Source of the DNA: Bacteriovoracaceae bacterium
Lineage (GTDB): Bacteria > Bdellovibrionota > Bacteriovoracia > Bacteriovoracales > Bacteriovoracaceae
Assembly (NCBI GenBank): GCA_041586955.1
Contig: JBFGZE010000032.1
Coordinates: 1 to 30,786 of the forward strand
Length of the DNA stretch: 30,786 nt
Direction: 5' to 3'
The notes beneath the pieces were generated by a model that worked only from the letters and a program-made list of their open reading frames with translations, was not told the DNA's origin and ran no database searches. Numbering within the stretch: the stretch's first letter is position 1; the number at the start of each line of letters is the position of its first letter. Positions 29,878-30,786 of this stretch are shown here, in pieces. A program made the position numbers and the translations under genes.

Positions 29878-30090
29878 CTAATTTAGGTTATAAATAAGCT
29901 TACGCTGGCCAAAATCACAATTGCCGCAAGTGGCCGTTTCCTGGGTGATCAGATGGGACTTATCGGCATTATGGCCAAACGCCAAAGCGGAGCCACATTT
30001 CGGGCACTGCTCAATGATTTTAATAACCTCACGAATAGTGCCAAAGTATTTTTCATAATGCTCAAATTCAAAGTCATTTAAGGGGTCCAT
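29878..30090 (-). CDS. Small zinc-ribbon protein (70 aa)
   Basis: CPKC...CGNC pairs. ATG 30090 is preferred over TTG 30117 because the promoter motif lies between them. Confidence 0.75.
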   Translation of the reverse strand: MDPLNDFEFEHYEKYFGTIREVIKIIEQCPKCGSALAFGHNADKSHLITQETATCGNCDFGQRKLIYNLN

Positions 30091-30097
30091 AAATAGC

Positions 30098-30124
30098 TTG
30101 TCGGCCAATCCCCTCAAAAGTTAA
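30098..30124 (-). promoter_or_regulatory. Putative sigma-28/FliA-type promoter (TTAA-N15-GCCGACAA)
   Basis: One mismatch in each box versus TAAA-N15-GCCGATAA with exact spacing; -10 ends 7 nt before ATG 30090. Confidence 0.65.
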
Positions 30125-30180
30125 ATAAAATCGATTACTGACACACCTCCCCAAAAAAAACCTTTTTTCGCTTCCCCCCC

Positions 30181-30208
30181 TTGTCATCCCACAATCTGAC
30201 CCTATCTT
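30181..30208 (+). promoter_or_regulatory. Possible sigma-70 promoter (TTGTCA-N16-TATCTT)
   Basis: Sits just upstream of the AGGAGG RBS and ATG 30228. Confidence 0.4.
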
Positions 30209-30227
30209 TAGAGAACAAGGAGGTCGT

Positions 30228-30404
30228 ATGGGATTTATTACAGGGAATTTAATTCCCATCATAACTTTTGTACTCTTAGGTCTAGGCCTTATGGGTGAAG
30301 CAGTCAGTTTTCTTTCAGATCACGAGGAAACTTTTTTGAATAAAAATTCAAATAAGGGGATCTCTTGCTCATGTAGTTCTAAGGATAAAAAGGATCATTC
30401 GTAG
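30228..30404 (+). CDS. Small (58 aa) single-pass membrane protein with C-terminal CxC, absent from the ORF track
   Basis: AAGGAGG 4 nt before ATG. MGFITGNLIPIITFVLLGLGLMGEAVSFLSDHEETFLNKNSNKGISCSCSSKDKKDHS*. Confidence 0.65.
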   Translation: MGFITGNLIPIITFVLLGLGLMGEAVSFLSDHEETFLNKNSNKGISCSCSSKDKKDHS

Positions 30405-30637
30405 AATTAATTTTTTACCGGGAAAAAATGTACCTCGCCAAGGCGGTTTAATTTAATATTCATTAAGAATTTTAAGTACTTTTCCGCGACAAGGTCATTT
30501 TTTATGAAAATTAAAACGGTACCAACTTTAGTCTTAGACTCTGGTGTTAAGTGATGTTTCCTAGGTATTGCCAATCCCCTAGCCACAATATTTTGGCATA
30601 AATACAGAAATTACTGGCATATTGTAAAACCATACAA

Positions 30638-30786
30638 TCAATACAATTGCCTTAACCTTTTGATAATAATACGGTTTTTATTTAGTCCTTGACTCAAATA
30701 CAATGCCTTACGATAATTAAATGAGTAATCATCCTCAATAAAATTAGGGGTAATCTTGAACTCACTGGGGCCAAAATTAAACATCA
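30638..30786 (-). CDS. Possible 3' end of a gene entering from beyond the window
   Basis: Minus-strand frame is open from the window edge: ...MFNFGPSEFKITPNFIEDDYSFNYRKALYLSQGLNKNRIIIKRLRQLY*. No family recognised. Confidence 0.35.
   Translation of the reverse strand, partial: MFNFGPSEFKITPNFIEDDYSFNYRKALYLSQGLNKNRIIIKRLRQLY

Noticed and set aside
416..30262. Numerous short ORFs (60-174 aa) in the track overlapping larger genes or promoter regions (e.g. 2396-2773, 22822-23292, 27541-28065, 29014-29421, 30074-30262)
   Set aside because: Antisense or alternate-frame shadows with no motifs or RBS support.
30405..30637. Short minus-strand frames suggesting a degraded gene
   Set aside because: No recognisable similarity or RBS; cannot support a pseudogene call.
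1..30786. CRISPR arrays, tRNA/rRNA genes, transposases, prophage or defence genes
   Set aside because: None seen; intergenic gaps are short and lack periodic repeats or cloverleaf signatures.

Overview
AT-rich bacterial chromosomal window, densely coding, with no rRNA, tRNA, CRISPR array or mobile element that I can detect. Gene content and the sigma-28-like motifs suggest a Bdellovibrionota (Bacteriovoracales-like) predator; this is inference only. Housekeeping genes: 3' end of a tricorn-type S41 protease, acnA, cmoAB, srkA/rdoA kinase, slyD, a DksA/TraR protein, pstSCAB-phoU, serS, msrA and leuS. Unusual elements: (1) a secreted ~727-aa protein whose motif order resembles eukaryotic LBP/BPI lipid-binding proteins; (2) a sensor-less ChpT/Spo0B-like His-phosphotransferase candidate just upstream of an OmpR-family regulator; (3) a membrane PAS-PAS hybrid sensor whose HisKA, ATPase and HPt catalytic motifs are all degenerate; (4) a divergent SelO/YdiU-like enzyme lacking the Lys-Glu pair, translationally coupled to a peptidase E; (5) an L,D-transpeptidase-like protein with no signal peptide; (6) a Bacteroidota-type LeuRS and a Thermus-type SerRS; (7) three FliA/sigma-28-like promoters, two implying leaderless mRNAs; (8) two 58-aa membrane ORFs missed by the ORF track. 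All family assignments come from visual motif recognition, and reference sequences are recalled from memory; no searches were run.
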